Source of the DNA: Candidatus Sericytochromatia bacterium
Lineage (GTDB): Bacteria; Cyanobacteriota; Sericytochromatia; S15B-MN24; UBA4093
Assembly (NCBI GenBank): GCA_036676985.1
Contig: JAKFBU010000030.1
Location: 1-64,000 of the forward strand
Direction of reading: 5' to 3'
DNA: 64,000 nt
The position numbers and the translations under genes were made by a program. The notes beneath the pieces were generated by a model, which was given only the letters and a program-made list of their open reading frames with translations, searched no databases and was not told where the DNA came from. Position 1 is the first letter of the stretch, and the number at the start of each line of letters is the position of its first letter. This document shows positions 20,551 through 31,082 of the stretch, piece after piece.

Positions 20551-21072
20551 GTGTCCAAGGCCTTCCAGTACTGTCCCTACTGCCGGCACGAGCTCGCCAC
20601 CCGCCCCATCGAGGCTATCGAGCGCCAGTTCTGCCCGGGGTGCGGCGAGGTGTTCTACCGGAACTCCAAGCCCTGCGCGGGGGCATTGGTCGCCAACGCG
20701 GACGGCCACCTCCTCTTGACCCGGCGAGCCGTGGAGCCCTTCAAGGGCAAATGGGATCTCCCGGGCGGCTACCTCGAAGACGGCGAGCACCCGGAGGCGG
20801 GCGCCATCCGCGAGCTGCGCGAGGAAACGGGCCTGACGGTCCGCATCACGGGCCTTTGCGGCATCTACATGGACACCTACGGGGCGGGCGGCGTGTCGAC
20901 CCTCAACATCTTCTACGAGGCCGAGATCGTCTCGGGCGAGGCCGGCAGCGACGGCGACGTGAGCGAGCTGCGCTACTTCGCGCCCGAGGACCTGCCCCTC
21001 GATGAGTTCTCATTCGAGAACGGCCGCCAGGCCATCCGAGACTGGCTCTCGCGTCGAAAGGTCAGGGTGTAG
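20551..21072 (+). CDS. NUDIX hydrolase with N-terminal zinc ribbon
   Basis: CPYC...CPGC; Nudix box GGYLEDGEHPEAGAIRELREETG. Confidence 0.92.
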   Translation: MSKAFQYCPYCRHELATRPIEAIERQFCPGCGEVFYRNSKPCAGALVANADGHLLLTRRAVEPFKGKWDLPGGYLEDGEHPEAGAIRELREETGLTVRITGLCGIYMDTYGAGGVSTLNIFYEAEIVSGEAGSDGDVSELRYFAPEDLPLDEFSFENGRQAIRDWLSRRKVRV

Positions 21073-22669
21073 CCGAGGTCTCCGCGGGGACCGGCACGAG
21101 CGGCAGGTCGAACCAGAAGGTGCTGCCTTGCCCGGGCGTGCTCTCGACCCCGATCGCACCGCCGTGCGCCTCCACGATCGCCCGCGAGATGGCGAGCCCG
21201 AGGCCCGCGCCCCCGCGCTCGCGCGTGGTGCTCGGATCGACCTGGAAGAATTTCTCGAAGAGGCGGGGCACGCTCTCCGGGCCGATGCCGATGCCCGTGT
21301 CCGCGACCTCGACCCGCACCGACTCGTCTCGGGTCAGCGATCGCACCGTCACGCGGCCGCCGGGCGGCGTGAACTTGATGGCGTTGGTCATGAGGTTCAG
21401 GACCACCTGCCCGACACGCAGCGGGTCCATGCGGACCCAGGTGGCCTCCGATGCGAGCTGCACGTCCAGCGTGAGGCAGGCCTCCTGCAACTGGGGCTTC
21501 AGGCTCGAGAGCTCCTCCTCGATGAGCTGGACGAGGCATGCTTCTTGCCAGACCAAAGTGAAGGTGCCGGCCTCGAGGCGAGCGAAGTCCAGCATGTCGT
21601 CGACGATCCGCTTCAGACGCCGCGCCCCGTCCTGGATCTGGGCCACGAACGCGAGCTGATCCGGCGAGAGCGGACCGGCCACCCGGTCCTCGAGGAACTC
21701 GGAGTACCCGATGATGGAGGCAAGCGGCGTGCGCAGCTCGTGGGAGGCGACGTTGATGAAGTCCCCCTTGAGCCGATCGACCTCGCGGAGGTTCTCGATC
21801 TGCTCGTGCTGCAGGCGCTCGATCTCGACCCGGTCCGAGACGTCCACGGCGAAGATCAGGACTCCCTCGAGCGCCCCGTCGTCCGAGCGGGTCGGGACGT
21901 AGACGGCATCCATGGGGACGGCCACGTCACGGCCACCGCGCCGGACGGCGAAGGTCAGGCCCGAGGTGCGGCGGGGCTCCAGCGTCTCCAGGACGGCCGC
22001 GAGGCTCGGGTCCGACTCGGGGATGACCTCGCCGTAGGGACGGCCGATGAGCGCCTGGGTCGATTGGTGCGAAATCTCGGCGAAGAGCGGGTTGAACCAG
22101 CGAATCCGGAGCTCGGGGTCCAGGAAGACGACGGCGGCGGGCGCGTGGTGGATGATGCGATCCAGGAGGGCCTTTTCGGCCGCGAGCTCGCGGGTCCGCT
22201 GGTCGACCACGGCCTCGATCTGCTCGTTTCGCGCCTGGAGCTGTTCGGCGAGATCGTGCAATTCCGTGTTGGCTCGCTGCAACTCCTCGGCGACCGCCAG
22301 GGCCGCCGCCCGATCCGCCTCCAGGCGGACCGTCTGCTCCAGTCGACGCCGCATGCCGGCCGCCAGAAAGAGCGCCACCGCGTAGGTCACGGCGATGCCC
22401 ACCAGGATCTCCACGTCTCGCCCGTCGTACCGGAAGACGTGCCCCGGGATCGCGAGGTCCACGAGCAAGAAGCCCATGGCCAAGGCGAAACAGAGGCTCC
22501 CGAGGCGGAGACCGCCCGCGAAGGCCGCGTAGACGACGAGCAGGCCGAAGGCCGAGCCCGAGTAGATCTCCGGGATGTGCTCCAGGCCCCGGAGGCGCTC
22601 GACGGCACCGAACGCCGCGATCGTCGCCACCGTCAGCCACAGCGGCAGCATGCGCCCGACGAACGACAT
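21062..22669 (-). CDS. membrane PAS-domain sensor histidine kinase
   Basis: N-terminal TM region, coiled coil, PAS, SHELRTPL, NAIKF, DTGIGI, GAGLGL; start approximate. Confidence 0.9.
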   Translation of the reverse strand: MSFVGRMLPLWLTVATIAAFGAVERLRGLEHIPEIYSGSAFGLLVVYAAFAGGLRLGSLCFALAMGFLLVDLAIPGHVFRYDGRDVEILVGIAVTYAVALFLAAGMRRRLEQTVRLEADRAAALAVAEELQRANTELHDLAEQLQARNEQIEAVVDQRTRELAAEKALLDRIIHHAPAAVVFLDPELRIRWFNPLFAEISHQSTQALIGRPYGEVIPESDPSLAAVLETLEPRRTSGLTFAVRRGGRDVAVPMDAVYVPTRSDDGALEGVLIFAVDVSDRVEIERLQHEQIENLREVDRLKGDFINVASHELRTPLASIIGYSEFLEDRVAGPLSPDQLAFVAQIQDGARRLKRIVDDMLDFARLEAGTFTLVWQEACLVQLIEEELSSLKPQLQEACLTLDVQLASEATWVRMDPLRVGQVVLNLMTNAIKFTPPGGRVTVRSLTRDESVRVEVADTGIGIGPESVPRLFEKFFQVDPSTTRERGGAGLGLAISRAIVEAHGGAIGVESTPGQGSTFWFDLPLVPVPAETSATP

Positions 22670-22894
22670 GAACTTGACACCTGAGGCCACAGAACAGCCC
22701 TCATGCCGCAAACCGACCAAGTTAATCATACCGCGGTTGCCCCGTAATCTCTCATCTATACAGGGGTACAGTACCTACTAGCAGGTGCAAACAGTGACAA
22801 ATCCTGGATCCAAGCGTCCTGAAAGCCTGGACAGAGGCCTGGGAATTGCCTATAACGGTAGCGCACCCTCCCGTCATACGTGCGAGACGCCGCC

Positions 22895-23401
22895 ATGAAC
22901 CCGAACCCCACCGGTACGCTCGACCCCATCCAAGTGCTCGGCGACGGCCCCCTGCCCGAACCGGGGCCTCGCGCAGCATGGATCCCGCTCGGCAAGCACG
23001 GCCCGTGCTTCGTGTGCCAGCCGGACAATCCCGGCGGCCTGAGGGCCGATCTCTTCCGGGACGGTGACGTGATCCGCTGCCCGTTCACCTTCCAGGGCCC
23101 GCAGGAGGGCCCTCCGCGCCATGCCCACGGGGGCAGCATCGCGGCCCTGCTCGACGAGGTCATGGGCGCGGCGGCCTGGTCGCGGCGCCACAACCTCCTG
23201 GCCGTCCACCTGGAGCTCGACTACCGCCGGCCGATCCCGCTCGGCGCCGAGCTGACGGCTCTGGGGTGGGTCCGGGCGGAAGGCAACCGCTCCATCAAGG
23301 TGGCCAGCGAGATCCGGCTGCCGGACGGCACGACGGCCGTGCAGGCTTCGGGGGTCTTCGCGATCGCCCCCGAGATGTTCGACCAGCCCTTCTTCGGCTA
23401 G
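22895..23401 (+). CDS. PaaI family (hotdog) thioesterase
   Basis: CFVC..NP.GL, GPP.HAHGG.IAALLDE.MG. Confidence 0.88.
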   Translation: MNPNPTGTLDPIQVLGDGPLPEPGPRAAWIPLGKHGPCFVCQPDNPGGLRADLFRDGDVIRCPFTFQGPQEGPPRHAHGGSIAALLDEVMGAAAWSRRHNLLAVHLELDYRRPIPLGAELTALGWVRAEGNRSIKVASEIRLPDGTTAVQASGVFAIAPEMFDQPFFG

Positions 23402-23576
23402 TTCATCTTCTCGAAACGGAAGCTTGACCGTTTGGAAGCCAACTCTCCATCGTCGCTTGATGCGCGCGGGGCATAGTAGACCTAGAAGCCGAGCGATGAG
23501 GGCGAAAGAAAACGCTACTGGCGACCAGCAGGTTGGCCACCCGCATCCGAAACGCCCAACACTCGATCGCATTGCC

Positions 23577-23600
23577 AAGGGCCGCCGTCAGGCGGCCTTT
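23577..23600 (+). terminator. intrinsic terminator
   Basis: AAGGGCCGCC-GTCA-GGCGGCCTTT. Confidence 0.6.
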
Positions 23601-23646
23601 GTGTTGCGCGGGGTTCCCCGGCTGCCCGCGGTGGTAAGATGCAGGC

Positions 23647-25332
23647 ATGCGCAAGACCCGCCAATACCCCGGCCTGGCCCTCCTCGCCGACTGCGAGCAC
23701 CTGGGATCCTTCCTGGACGCCTTGAACGCGCGCTACGGAGACCGTCCCGCCCTCTCCATCCTGCGGGGCGATCGCATGGTCACGCACCGCTACTGCGACG
23801 TGCACGCGCGCGCGGGGCAGATGGCCGCCTACCTGGAGACGCTCGGGATCGCGCCGGGCGATCGCGTGGCGATCCTCGGCGACAACTCGCCGGAGTGGCT
23901 CATGGCGTCCTTCGCAATCGCCCGGCTGGGGGCCGTGGCCGTGCCGCTCGACGCCCAGCTCACGCAGGGCGAGATCACCCACCTCCTGGATCACTCCGAG
24001 GCACGCGCCATCTTCGCGGCCGAGCGCTGGGTGAAGGCCCTCGAGGCCGTGGGCCGGCGCCACGTCCTGACCCTCGCCCCCGCGACCTTCGAATCGCTCG
24101 ACTTGCCGCCCGCGCCACCCGTGAAACGCTCGGGAGACGATCTGGCGGCCATTCTCTACACGTCGGGGACCACCGGCTCGCCCAAGGGCGTCATGCTCAC
24201 GCACCGGAACCTGCTCTCCAACCTGCGGGGCTGCTCCGAGGTCCTCTACATTGAGCCGCAGGACGTCCTCATGAGCCTCCTGCCCCTGCACCACGCCTAC
24301 GCCTACACCACCACCCTCATCGGCCTGGGGGCGGGCCTGCCCGTGGTGCTCCCCCACAGCCTCAAGCCCGACTCGGTGGTCGCCGCGCTGCAAGCCGGAC
24401 GGGTGACGGCCCTGCCCGCCGTACCCCTATTGCTCGATCACCTGGCGCGCGGCATCCGCGAGCGCATCGACGCCCAGCCGCCCCTGCCACGCACCGTCGC
24501 CCGCCTCCTGCTGGGACTGGCCCGGTTCGTGCGACCGCGGGTCGGCGCGCGCGCCGCGCGGGCGATCGCGCGCCCCATCACCAAGCGTCTCGGCTGCCTG
24601 CGGGGCCTGGTCGTGGGGGGCGCTGCCCTGACGCCGGACAGCGCGACCTTCTTCGACTCCCTCGGGATCGTCGTCATGCACGGCTACGGGCTCACGGAGA
24701 CCGCGCCGGTGGTGGCCCTGACGGAGCGCCCCTGGCGCCCGGGAGCGGGTGTCGGACGTCCTCTTCAGGGGGTCGAGGTCCGGATCGACGCGCCCGACGC
24801 CGAGGGCGTGGGCGAGGTGCTCGTGCGGGGCCCGAACGTCATGGCGGGCTACTACCGCAACGCCGCGGCGACCGAGGCCGCCTTCGCGGACGGATGGCTG
24901 CGCACGGGGGATCTGGGACGGCTCGACGAGGCGGGGCGCCTGCAGCTATCGGGCCGCTCCAAGGACGTCATCGTGCTGTCGAGTGGCAAGAACGTCTACC
25001 CCGAGGAGCTGGAGCTGCACTACGGCCAGAGCGAGCTCATCGCCGAGCTGTGCGTGGTCACGGGGCACGCCGAGGACGGCAGCGAGCAGCCTCTCGGCGT
25101 GATCGTCCCGAGCCCCAAGGCGCATGCCCGCCTCGAAGTGGCGACGGACGACGCCATGCGCCGGCTCATCGGGCGCGAGCTCTCCCGCCTGTCGACGGGG
25201 CTCGCGGACTACAAGCGCCTCAAGCGGTTCGTCCTCCAGTCGGAGGCTTTGCCGCAGACCACGTCGCGCAAGGTGCGCCGGCATGTGGTCCAGGCCGAGG
25301 CCCAAGCCCTCAGCGCTTCGGCCGGTTCCTGA
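23647..25332 (+). CDS. long-chain fatty acid--CoA ligase (AMP-binding)
   Basis: YTSGTTGSPKG, GYGLTET, RTGDLG, GRSKD...GKNVYPEE. Confidence 0.9.
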   Translation: MRKTRQYPGLALLADCEHLGSFLDALNARYGDRPALSILRGDRMVTHRYCDVHARAGQMAAYLETLGIAPGDRVAILGDNSPEWLMASFAIARLGAVAVPLDAQLTQGEITHLLDHSEARAIFAAERWVKALEAVGRRHVLTLAPATFESLDLPPAPPVKRSGDDLAAILYTSGTTGSPKGVMLTHRNLLSNLRGCSEVLYIEPQDVLMSLLPLHHAYAYTTTLIGLGAGLPVVLPHSLKPDSVVAALQAGRVTALPAVPLLLDHLARGIRERIDAQPPLPRTVARLLLGLARFVRPRVGARAARAIARPITKRLGCLRGLVVGGAALTPDSATFFDSLGIVVMHGYGLTETAPVVALTERPWRPGAGVGRPLQGVEVRIDAPDAEGVGEVLVRGPNVMAGYYRNAAATEAAFADGWLRTGDLGRLDEAGRLQLSGRSKDVIVLSSGKNVYPEELELHYGQSELIAELCVVTGHAEDGSEQPLGVIVPSPKAHARLEVATDDAMRRLIGRELSRLSTGLADYKRLKRFVLQSEALPQTTSRKVRRHVVQAEAQALSASAGS

Positions 25333-26872
25333 GGAGCCGGAGGCCCCCCTCGATCCGGGCCCCCAGGGTCGCCCCGTGGAGGGCCTGCATGGAGCCCGCG
25401 AGGAAGTCCCTGAAGCCGTCCCATGTCGGGTACCAGAGCACCCGATGGCGTCCCGAGCGGTTGATGTCCACGAGCTTGGCGTCGACGAACTCCATGAGGC
25501 CGATCCGACCGCCCACGTAGCCGAGCCCGCTCTCCTTGAGGCCGCCTCGCGGCGTGACCGGGTTGCCGTAGGTGTCGAGGCCCGTGTTGACCCAGACCGT
25601 ACCCGCCTCGATGCGCCTGGCCACCTGTTCGGCCGCCGCGAGGTCCCGACCCCAGACCGTCGCGTTGAGGCCGAAGGAGGACTGGTTGGCCCGGGCCACC
25701 ATCTCCTCGCGGCCTTCCACCGGGATGATGGGCAGGATCGGCCCGAAGGTCTCCTCGCGCATCAGGAGCATGTCGTCGGTGACATCCGTCAGCACCGTGG
25801 GGGCGTAGAAGTAGCCCTTGCCTTCGAGGCGGTGGCCGCCGACCAGGACCCTCGCGCCCTTCGCGACGGCATCCGCCACCTGCGCTTCGACCTTGGCCAG
25901 CTGGACAGGGTTGATGAGGGGGCCCACCTCGGTGCCCTTCTCCTGGCCGTTGCCGACCTTCAGGGCCTTGACCAGCTCGACGATGCGCTCGGTCAAGGGA
26001 GCCGCGATCGCACGGTCCACGTACAGGCGCTCCACCGAGGCACAGGCCTGCCCGGTGTTGCTGTGCGCCGCCCAGACCACGCCGTGGGCCGTGAAGTCGA
26101 TCTCGGCGTCCGCGAGCACCAGGGCGGGATCCTTGCCACCGAGCTCCAGGGTGACGGTGATGAGCTTGTCGGCGCAGCGCGCCGCCACCTTCTTGCCGGT
26201 CGCGACGCTGCCGGTGAAGCACACGTGCTGGATGGGCGCGTCCACCAGGGCCGCCCCGGTGGAGCCGTCGCCCGTCAGCACCGCGAGCACGCCCTCCGGC
26301 AGGCCCGCCTGCTTGGCGAGCCGGTCGAGGTGGACGGCGACCAGGGGCGTCCATTCCGAGGGCTTGTGGATCACCGTGTTGCCGGCGGCGAGGGCTCCTG
26401 CGATCGAGGACATCGAGAGCAGAAGCGGGTAGTTCCAGGGCGAAATCACGGCGACCACGCCCTTGGGCACGAAGGTCGAGTAGGTCTTGTGGTTGCGCAA
26501 GATGGGATTCCAGACCTGCAGGGGCTGATCCTTGAGAAACCTTGCGGCATGGCGGGCGTAGTATGCCAGGAACTCACAGGCCGAGAGGACCTCCCCCATG
26601 GCCTCGGGGACGGGCTTGCCGTTTTCTTGGCTCAGGAGCTCGGCGAAGGCCTCGAAGTCGTCCCGCAAGGCATCGCGCAGGCGCAGGAGGTACCGCGCGC
26701 GGCCCTCGAAGCCGAGCGCTTGCCAGGCGGGCAAGGCGCGGCGCGCGGCCTCGACGGCCCGGCTCACCTCGTCCGGGCCCGACAGCGGCACCTCGCCGAT
26801 CGGCTCCTCGGTGGCCGGGTTGTAGGACACCAGGCGCCGCACCGCAGCCGGTTGGGTCGTCGCGTCGATCAT
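25310..26872 (-). CDS. aldehyde dehydrogenase
   Basis: PWNYP, KPSE, FTGS..TG, LELGGKDP, catalytic GQAC, EETFGP. Confidence 0.95.
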   Translation of the reverse strand: MIDATTQPAAVRRLVSYNPATEEPIGEVPLSGPDEVSRAVEAARRALPAWQALGFEGRARYLLRLRDALRDDFEAFAELLSQENGKPVPEAMGEVLSACEFLAYYARHAARFLKDQPLQVWNPILRNHKTYSTFVPKGVVAVISPWNYPLLLSMSSIAGALAAGNTVIHKPSEWTPLVAVHLDRLAKQAGLPEGVLAVLTGDGSTGAALVDAPIQHVCFTGSVATGKKVAARCADKLITVTLELGGKDPALVLADAEIDFTAHGVVWAAHSNTGQACASVERLYVDRAIAAPLTERIVELVKALKVGNGQEKGTEVGPLINPVQLAKVEAQVADAVAKGARVLVGGHRLEGKGYFYAPTVLTDVTDDMLLMREETFGPILPIIPVEGREEMVARANQSSFGLNATVWGRDLAAAEQVARRIEAGTVWVNTGLDTYGNPVTPRGGLKESGLGYVGGRIGLMEFVDAKLVDINRSGRHRVLWYPTWDGFRDFLAGSMQALHGATLGARIEGGLRLLRNRPKR

Positions 26873-26928
26873 GGCCCTTCGCTCCTGTCGTCTCTCGCCC
26901 GCACGCTTTCACGCGAGCCAGAGGGATC

Positions 26929-27624
26929 TTACCCGATCGGGAGGCGGGACTGTACGGCGATGCCGTCCGGGGTGACGGTGCACGCGTAGCAGAGGGCCTC
27001 CACGCCTTCTGCGAGCGCCTGCTCGAACTCCCGGGCATAGACCGGGTCGATGGCCGCGGCCGGCCGGAAGCGCCGGCAATCCTCGCGCTGGACGAGGTAG
27101 ACCATGACCGCGCGGTGGCCCTCCCGGACCATCCGGCTCAGCTCGCGCAGGTGCTTGGCACCGCGCTCGGTGACGGAGTCCGGGAACAGGGCGAGCTCCC
27201 CTTCGGCGAGCGTGACGTTCTTGACCTCCACGTAGCAGAGGCCCCGGTCGGGATCGCTCAGGAGCAGGTCGATGCGGCTGTTGACGCCGTACTTCTGCTC
27301 GGGCTTCAGCGCGGCGTAGCCCGCAAGCTCCGGGATGCGCCCCTCCGCGATGGCCTCGGCGACCAGGCGATTGGGCAGGCTCGTGTTGATGCCGACCCAT
27401 GTGGAGCCCACCTGAACGAGCTCCCAGGAGTAGGGCAGCTTGCGCTTGGGATCGGGCTTGTAGCTGAGCATGACGGGACTTCCGGGCTCCCGGCAGCCCA
27501 GCATGGAGCCCGAGTTGGCGCAGTGGGCCGTGACGACGGTGCCGTCCGCCAGCCGCACGTCGGCGAGGAAGCGCTTGTAGCGCTGGATCAGGGTGCCTGC
27601 GACCAGGGGTTCGGGAAACTGCAC
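26929..27624 (-). CDS. sfsA: DNA/RNA nuclease SfsA
   Basis: RYKRFLAD, AHCANSGSM, SRIDLL, VEVKNVT, FPDSVTERG.KHL. Confidence 0.95.
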   Translation of the reverse strand: MQFPEPLVAGTLIQRYKRFLADVRLADGTVVTAHCANSGSMLGCREPGSPVMLSYKPDPKRKLPYSWELVQVGSTWVGINTSLPNRLVAEAIAEGRIPELAGYAALKPEQKYGVNSRIDLLLSDPDRGLCYVEVKNVTLAEGELALFPDSVTERGAKHLRELSRMVREGHRAVMVYLVQREDCRRFRPAAAIDPVYAREFEQALAEGVEALCYACTVTPDGIAVQSRLPIG

Positions 27625-27771
27625 GGGGCCTCACGCGGACGGTTCGGGGACGGCGACGGCTCCATTATCTCACCTGACGGGGCACGACGCCCTGAAGCGA
27701 GCCGAAACGTTGGGCACCATGCGCAAGCACCCGGATCCGGACGGAGGGACAATCCCCCCAGGAGGTGGCCC

Positions 27772-28272
27772 ATGCATCGGACGAAGCTCGTCCCCTCGCT
27801 CGCAGCCAGCGTCTTCGTGCTCAGCGGCACGCTCGTCATGGTGGGGACCGCCGCGGGCCTCGGGGGCCTCGCGACCGCCCAGGGCATGGACGGCTGGTAC
27901 CAGACGCTCGAGAAGCCGGCCTTCAATCCGCCGGATGGGGTCTTCGGCCCGGTCTGGACGACGCTCTATCTCCTCATGGCGATTTCGGCCTTTCTCGTCT
28001 GGCGACAGGGCTGGCCGAGCCGGGAGGCCAAGCTGGCCCTGAGCCTGTTCGGGATCCAGCTCGGCCTGAACATGCTCTGGTCGGTGCTGTTCTTCGGCCT
28101 GCAATCGCCGGGGGCGGCCTTTGTCGAGCTCGCGATGCTGTGGGCCGCCATCGCGGCCTGGATGGCGGCCTCGTGGCGGGTCTCGCCGGCCGCAGGCGCC
28201 CTGATCCTTCCCTACCTGGCCTGGGTGACGTTCGCCGGGGTTCTCAACGCGGCCATCTGGCGGCTAAACTGA
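27772..28272 (+). CDS. tspO: TspO/MBR tryptophan-rich sensory protein
   Basis: WY..LEKP.FNPP..VFGPVWT.LY, Q..LN..WS..FF, PYLAW..FA..LN. Confidence 0.93.
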   Translation: MHRTKLVPSLAASVFVLSGTLVMVGTAAGLGGLATAQGMDGWYQTLEKPAFNPPDGVFGPVWTTLYLLMAISAFLVWRQGWPSREAKLALSLFGIQLGLNMLWSVLFFGLQSPGAAFVELAMLWAAIAAWMAASWRVSPAAGALILPYLAWVTFAGVLNAAIWRLN

Positions 28273-28302
28273 GACGGTTCCCCCGGTCGAAAGGACGTTG
28301 CC

Positions 28303-28848
28303 GTGAAAGCCCACCTCAGCCCCGTGGCCGCCGCCTTGCTCGTCGCCCTCCTGGCCCTGCCCTCCCACGCCCTGACGCTCACGGGCAAGGTCGTGAAGGT
28401 CGCGGACGGGGACACGCTCACGATCCTGGTCGACGGCCAGAAGGAGCGCATCCGGCTGGTCGGCATCGACACGCCCGAGAAGAAGCAGCCCGTCTGGGGG
28501 CCGGCGGCCAAGGACTTCACGACCCGGCTCGCCATGGGCAAGACGGTGCGGGTGGAGACGGACGTGGAGGAGCGCGATCGCTACGGCCGCGTGCTCGGCT
28601 ACGTCTACGTCGGCAAGACGTTCCTCAATCTGGAATTGGTCCGCCAGGGCTACGCCATGCTCTACACCTCGCCGCCCAACGTGGCCCACACGGACGCGTT
28701 CCTGGCCGCCCAGCGCGAGGCGCGCGCGGCGGGCCGCAACATCTGGAACGCCAAGACCGGCCTGACCGAGACGCCGTACGAGTTCCGGCACAAGGGGAAG
28801 AAGGCCCCCAAAAAGATCCAGCAGGAGGGGCTGCCGGCGGCGCAGTAG
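28303..28848 (+). CDS. secreted thermonuclease (SNase family)
   Basis: Signal peptide, DGDT, IRLVGIDTPE, DRYGR.L, N..LV..GYA. Confidence 0.93.
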   Translation: MKAHLSPVAAALLVALLALPSHALTLTGKVVKVADGDTLTILVDGQKERIRLVGIDTPEKKQPVWGPAAKDFTTRLAMGKTVRVETDVEERDRYGRVLGYVYVGKTFLNLELVRQGYAMLYTSPPNVAHTDAFLAAQREARAAGRNIWNAKTGLTETPYEFRHKGKKAPKKIQQEGLPAAQ

Positions 28849-28859
28849 CGGCGGTTCCG

Positions 28860-31082
28860 CTAGAACCTCAGCTGATACCCCAGGTACGGGATCGCCGGGA
28901 TGCCGTAGTTGAAGGTCGGATTGGCATACCGCTCGTAGTCCGTGCCGTAGTCGACGGCGAGCACCTCGCGCTGCTGCGTGACCTCGAAGTAGAACCGCCC
29001 GTCGAGCCCGAACATCCCCGCCGGCCGCTCCACCCGGGCCGACCAGGTGATGCCGTCCGGGTAGCGAGCCGAGTTCTCGGGCCCGTTGACGGGCTGGTAG
29101 CCCGTGGGCGTCTGCGTCCGCCCCACCACTGGGGTGTAGGGGCGGCCCGTGGAGTAACGCAGCCGCAAAGAGGGCGACCACTCCCAGATCGTGGGGGCCG
29201 AGAGCGTCAGGTTGCCGATCCAGGGCTGGTCGTACTCGTAAGGCAGCTCACCCTTGTCCGGCCGGGTGCGGAAGGTGCGCGCGTAGGTCAAGGCGAGCGC
29301 GCCGCTCCAGCCCGCCTGCTCGGCGAACTCGAGCGTGAGCTCGGCTCCGGTCGAGCGGCCCGAGCCCAGGTTCGTGAAGCGCTGGACCGGATCCGAGATG
29401 ACCAGGCCGAACAGGTCCCGGTGATAGACCTCCAGGCGCCCGAAGAGCTGATCCGAGATCTGCCGATCCATCCCCAGCACGTATTCCCGGGAGAAGGCGG
29501 AGGAAAGGGTCGGATTGCCCACGCCCGGCAAGAGTTGGGTGGGACTGGGGAACTGGAACTGCTGGCCGTAACCCAGGCGATAGGTGGTATCGGGGTCGGG
29601 CCGCCAGCTCGCCCCAAGGCGAGGAGCCACGTGATCCTGACGGGTGCTCTGCAGCTTGTCGTAGCGGGCCCCGAGCGAGAGCGTCAGGCTCTCGACAGGC
29701 TTCCAGGCATCCTCGACGTAGGCGCCGTAGACCTTCTCGTTGCCCGTCGTGTCGGTGGTCAGCTTGGGCAGCGCGTCCAGTTCCTCGGCGGTGGGCGGCT
29801 GCTGGCGCTGCTGGCCCGGATTCCGCAGGCTCGACGTATCCGGCTGGATGCGGCGCGACAGGAAGTTGATGGTGTCGTAGCGGAGCCCCGAGCGCAGCTC
29901 GTGATGGTCGTTGATCTGCCAGGCCACGTCGTCCGAGACCGTCCACTGGTAGCGGTAGTCCTTGACGGAAACCAACCGCCCGAGCTGGAAGTCCGTGTAG
30001 GGCTCCTGGTAGTTGAGCGTCAGGCGGTTGGAGGCGTGCTCGCCGAGGGGCTGGCGCCAGTTGCCGCCGGTGCTGCGGTAGCCGGTGTCCGCGGAGATGG
30101 TGCCGAAGCCCCGCGTGATGCCCCCGTTTTCGAGCACGACCGACAGGGCGTCCTGGGCCCCGATGGACTCGGCGTCGAAGCGGCCGCCGCCCGGCAGGGG
30201 CGCCGAGAGCTTGCTCTGGAAGTCCGTGAAGCGCGGGAAGACCGTGAAGGCCGGAAAGGCCCGGCTCGCGATGAGGTCGATGTAGCTGCGGCGTCCGGCC
30301 AGGAAGAAGGACGTGCCCCAGCCCAGGGGGCCCTCGATGAGGCCCTCCGAAAAGAGCAGGTTGCCGTCGAAGACGCCATGGAAGCCGTCCGTGCGAGGCT
30401 GGCGGGTCTCCACGTCGATGACCGCGGACATGACGTTGCCGTAGCGAGCGGGCAGGGCCCCGGTGTAGAGGTCCACCTTGGAGAGGGTGTTGGCGTTGAA
30501 GACGCTGACGAGCCCGCCGAAGTGGAAGGGGTTGCCGATCTCGATGTTGTCCAGGTAGTAGAGGTTGTCGTTGGGGCCGCCGCCCCGCACCACGGGCGCT
30601 CCCGAGAAGCCGCCCGTGTTCACGCCCGCGGTGTTGGTGACCGCGAGGATGGGATCGTTGCGCGCGCCCGCGACCTTGGTGACCTCCGCGGCCGTGATGG
30701 TGCGGCGGCTGGTCTCGGTCTGGGCGATGCGCGAGGGCTTGGTGCCGGAGACGACCTGGCGATCGGCCGAGACCACCCCGGGCTTCAGGGCGACCTTCAC
30801 CTGGATGGGGCGCGCGTCGTCGAAGGGCAGGTCCTTGGCGACAAAGGACAGGTGGCCCGGGGCCTCGACCTTGAGGATGCGCTTGCCGGCGGGAACCCCA
30901 TCCAGCTTGAAGGCGCCCGCGCCGTCGGTCGTGACCGATTTTCCCGTGCCCACGACCGTGACGACGGCGCCCGAAAGGGGGCGATCGCTCCCGCGCTCCC
31001 GCACCGTCCCCTCGATGGTCGCAGCCAGCGCCGGGGCCTCGAGGGCGAGGACGAGGGCGATGACCAGGCTACTTCGTCTCAT
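28860..31082 (-). CDS. TonB-dependent receptor with N-terminal carboxypeptidase-regulatory-like domain
   Basis: Signal peptide, plug motifs VRGG...N.YYLD and PARYG, beta-barrel ending YQLRF. Confidence 0.9.
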   Translation of the reverse strand: MRRSSLVIALVLALEAPALAATIEGTVRERGSDRPLSGAVVTVVGTGKSVTTDGAGAFKLDGVPAGKRILKVEAPGHLSFVAKDLPFDDARPIQVKVALKPGVVSADRQVVSGTKPSRIAQTETSRRTITAAEVTKVAGARNDPILAVTNTAGVNTGGFSGAPVVRGGGPNDNLYYLDNIEIGNPFHFGGLVSVFNANTLSKVDLYTGALPARYGNVMSAVIDVETRQPRTDGFHGVFDGNLLFSEGLIEGPLGWGTSFFLAGRRSYIDLIASRAFPAFTVFPRFTDFQSKLSAPLPGGGRFDAESIGAQDALSVVLENGGITRGFGTISADTGYRSTGGNWRQPLGEHASNRLTLNYQEPYTDFQLGRLVSVKDYRYQWTVSDDVAWQINDHHELRSGLRYDTINFLSRRIQPDTSSLRNPGQQRQQPPTAEELDALPKLTTDTTGNEKVYGAYVEDAWKPVESLTLSLGARYDKLQSTRQDHVAPRLGASWRPDPDTTYRLGYGQQFQFPSPTQLLPGVGNPTLSSAFSREYVLGMDRQISDQLFGRLEVYHRDLFGLVISDPVQRFTNLGSGRSTGAELTLEFAEQAGWSGALALTYARTFRTRPDKGELPYEYDQPWIGNLTLSAPTIWEWSPSLRLRYSTGRPYTPVVGRTQTPTGYQPVNGPENSARYPDGITWSARVERPAGMFGLDGRFYFEVTQQREVLAVDYGTDYERYANPTFNYGIPAIPYLGYQLRF

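Noticed and set aside
23495-23553. Hammerhead-like GATGAG...CGAAAC
   Set aside because: Lacks the CTGATGA core and the required three-stem arrangement.
22895-26872. Thioesterase, acyl-CoA ligase and aldehyde dehydrogenase as part of the PKS pathway
   Set aside because: They lie more than 12 kb away, beyond core genes, and are common enzymes; no sequence evidence links them.
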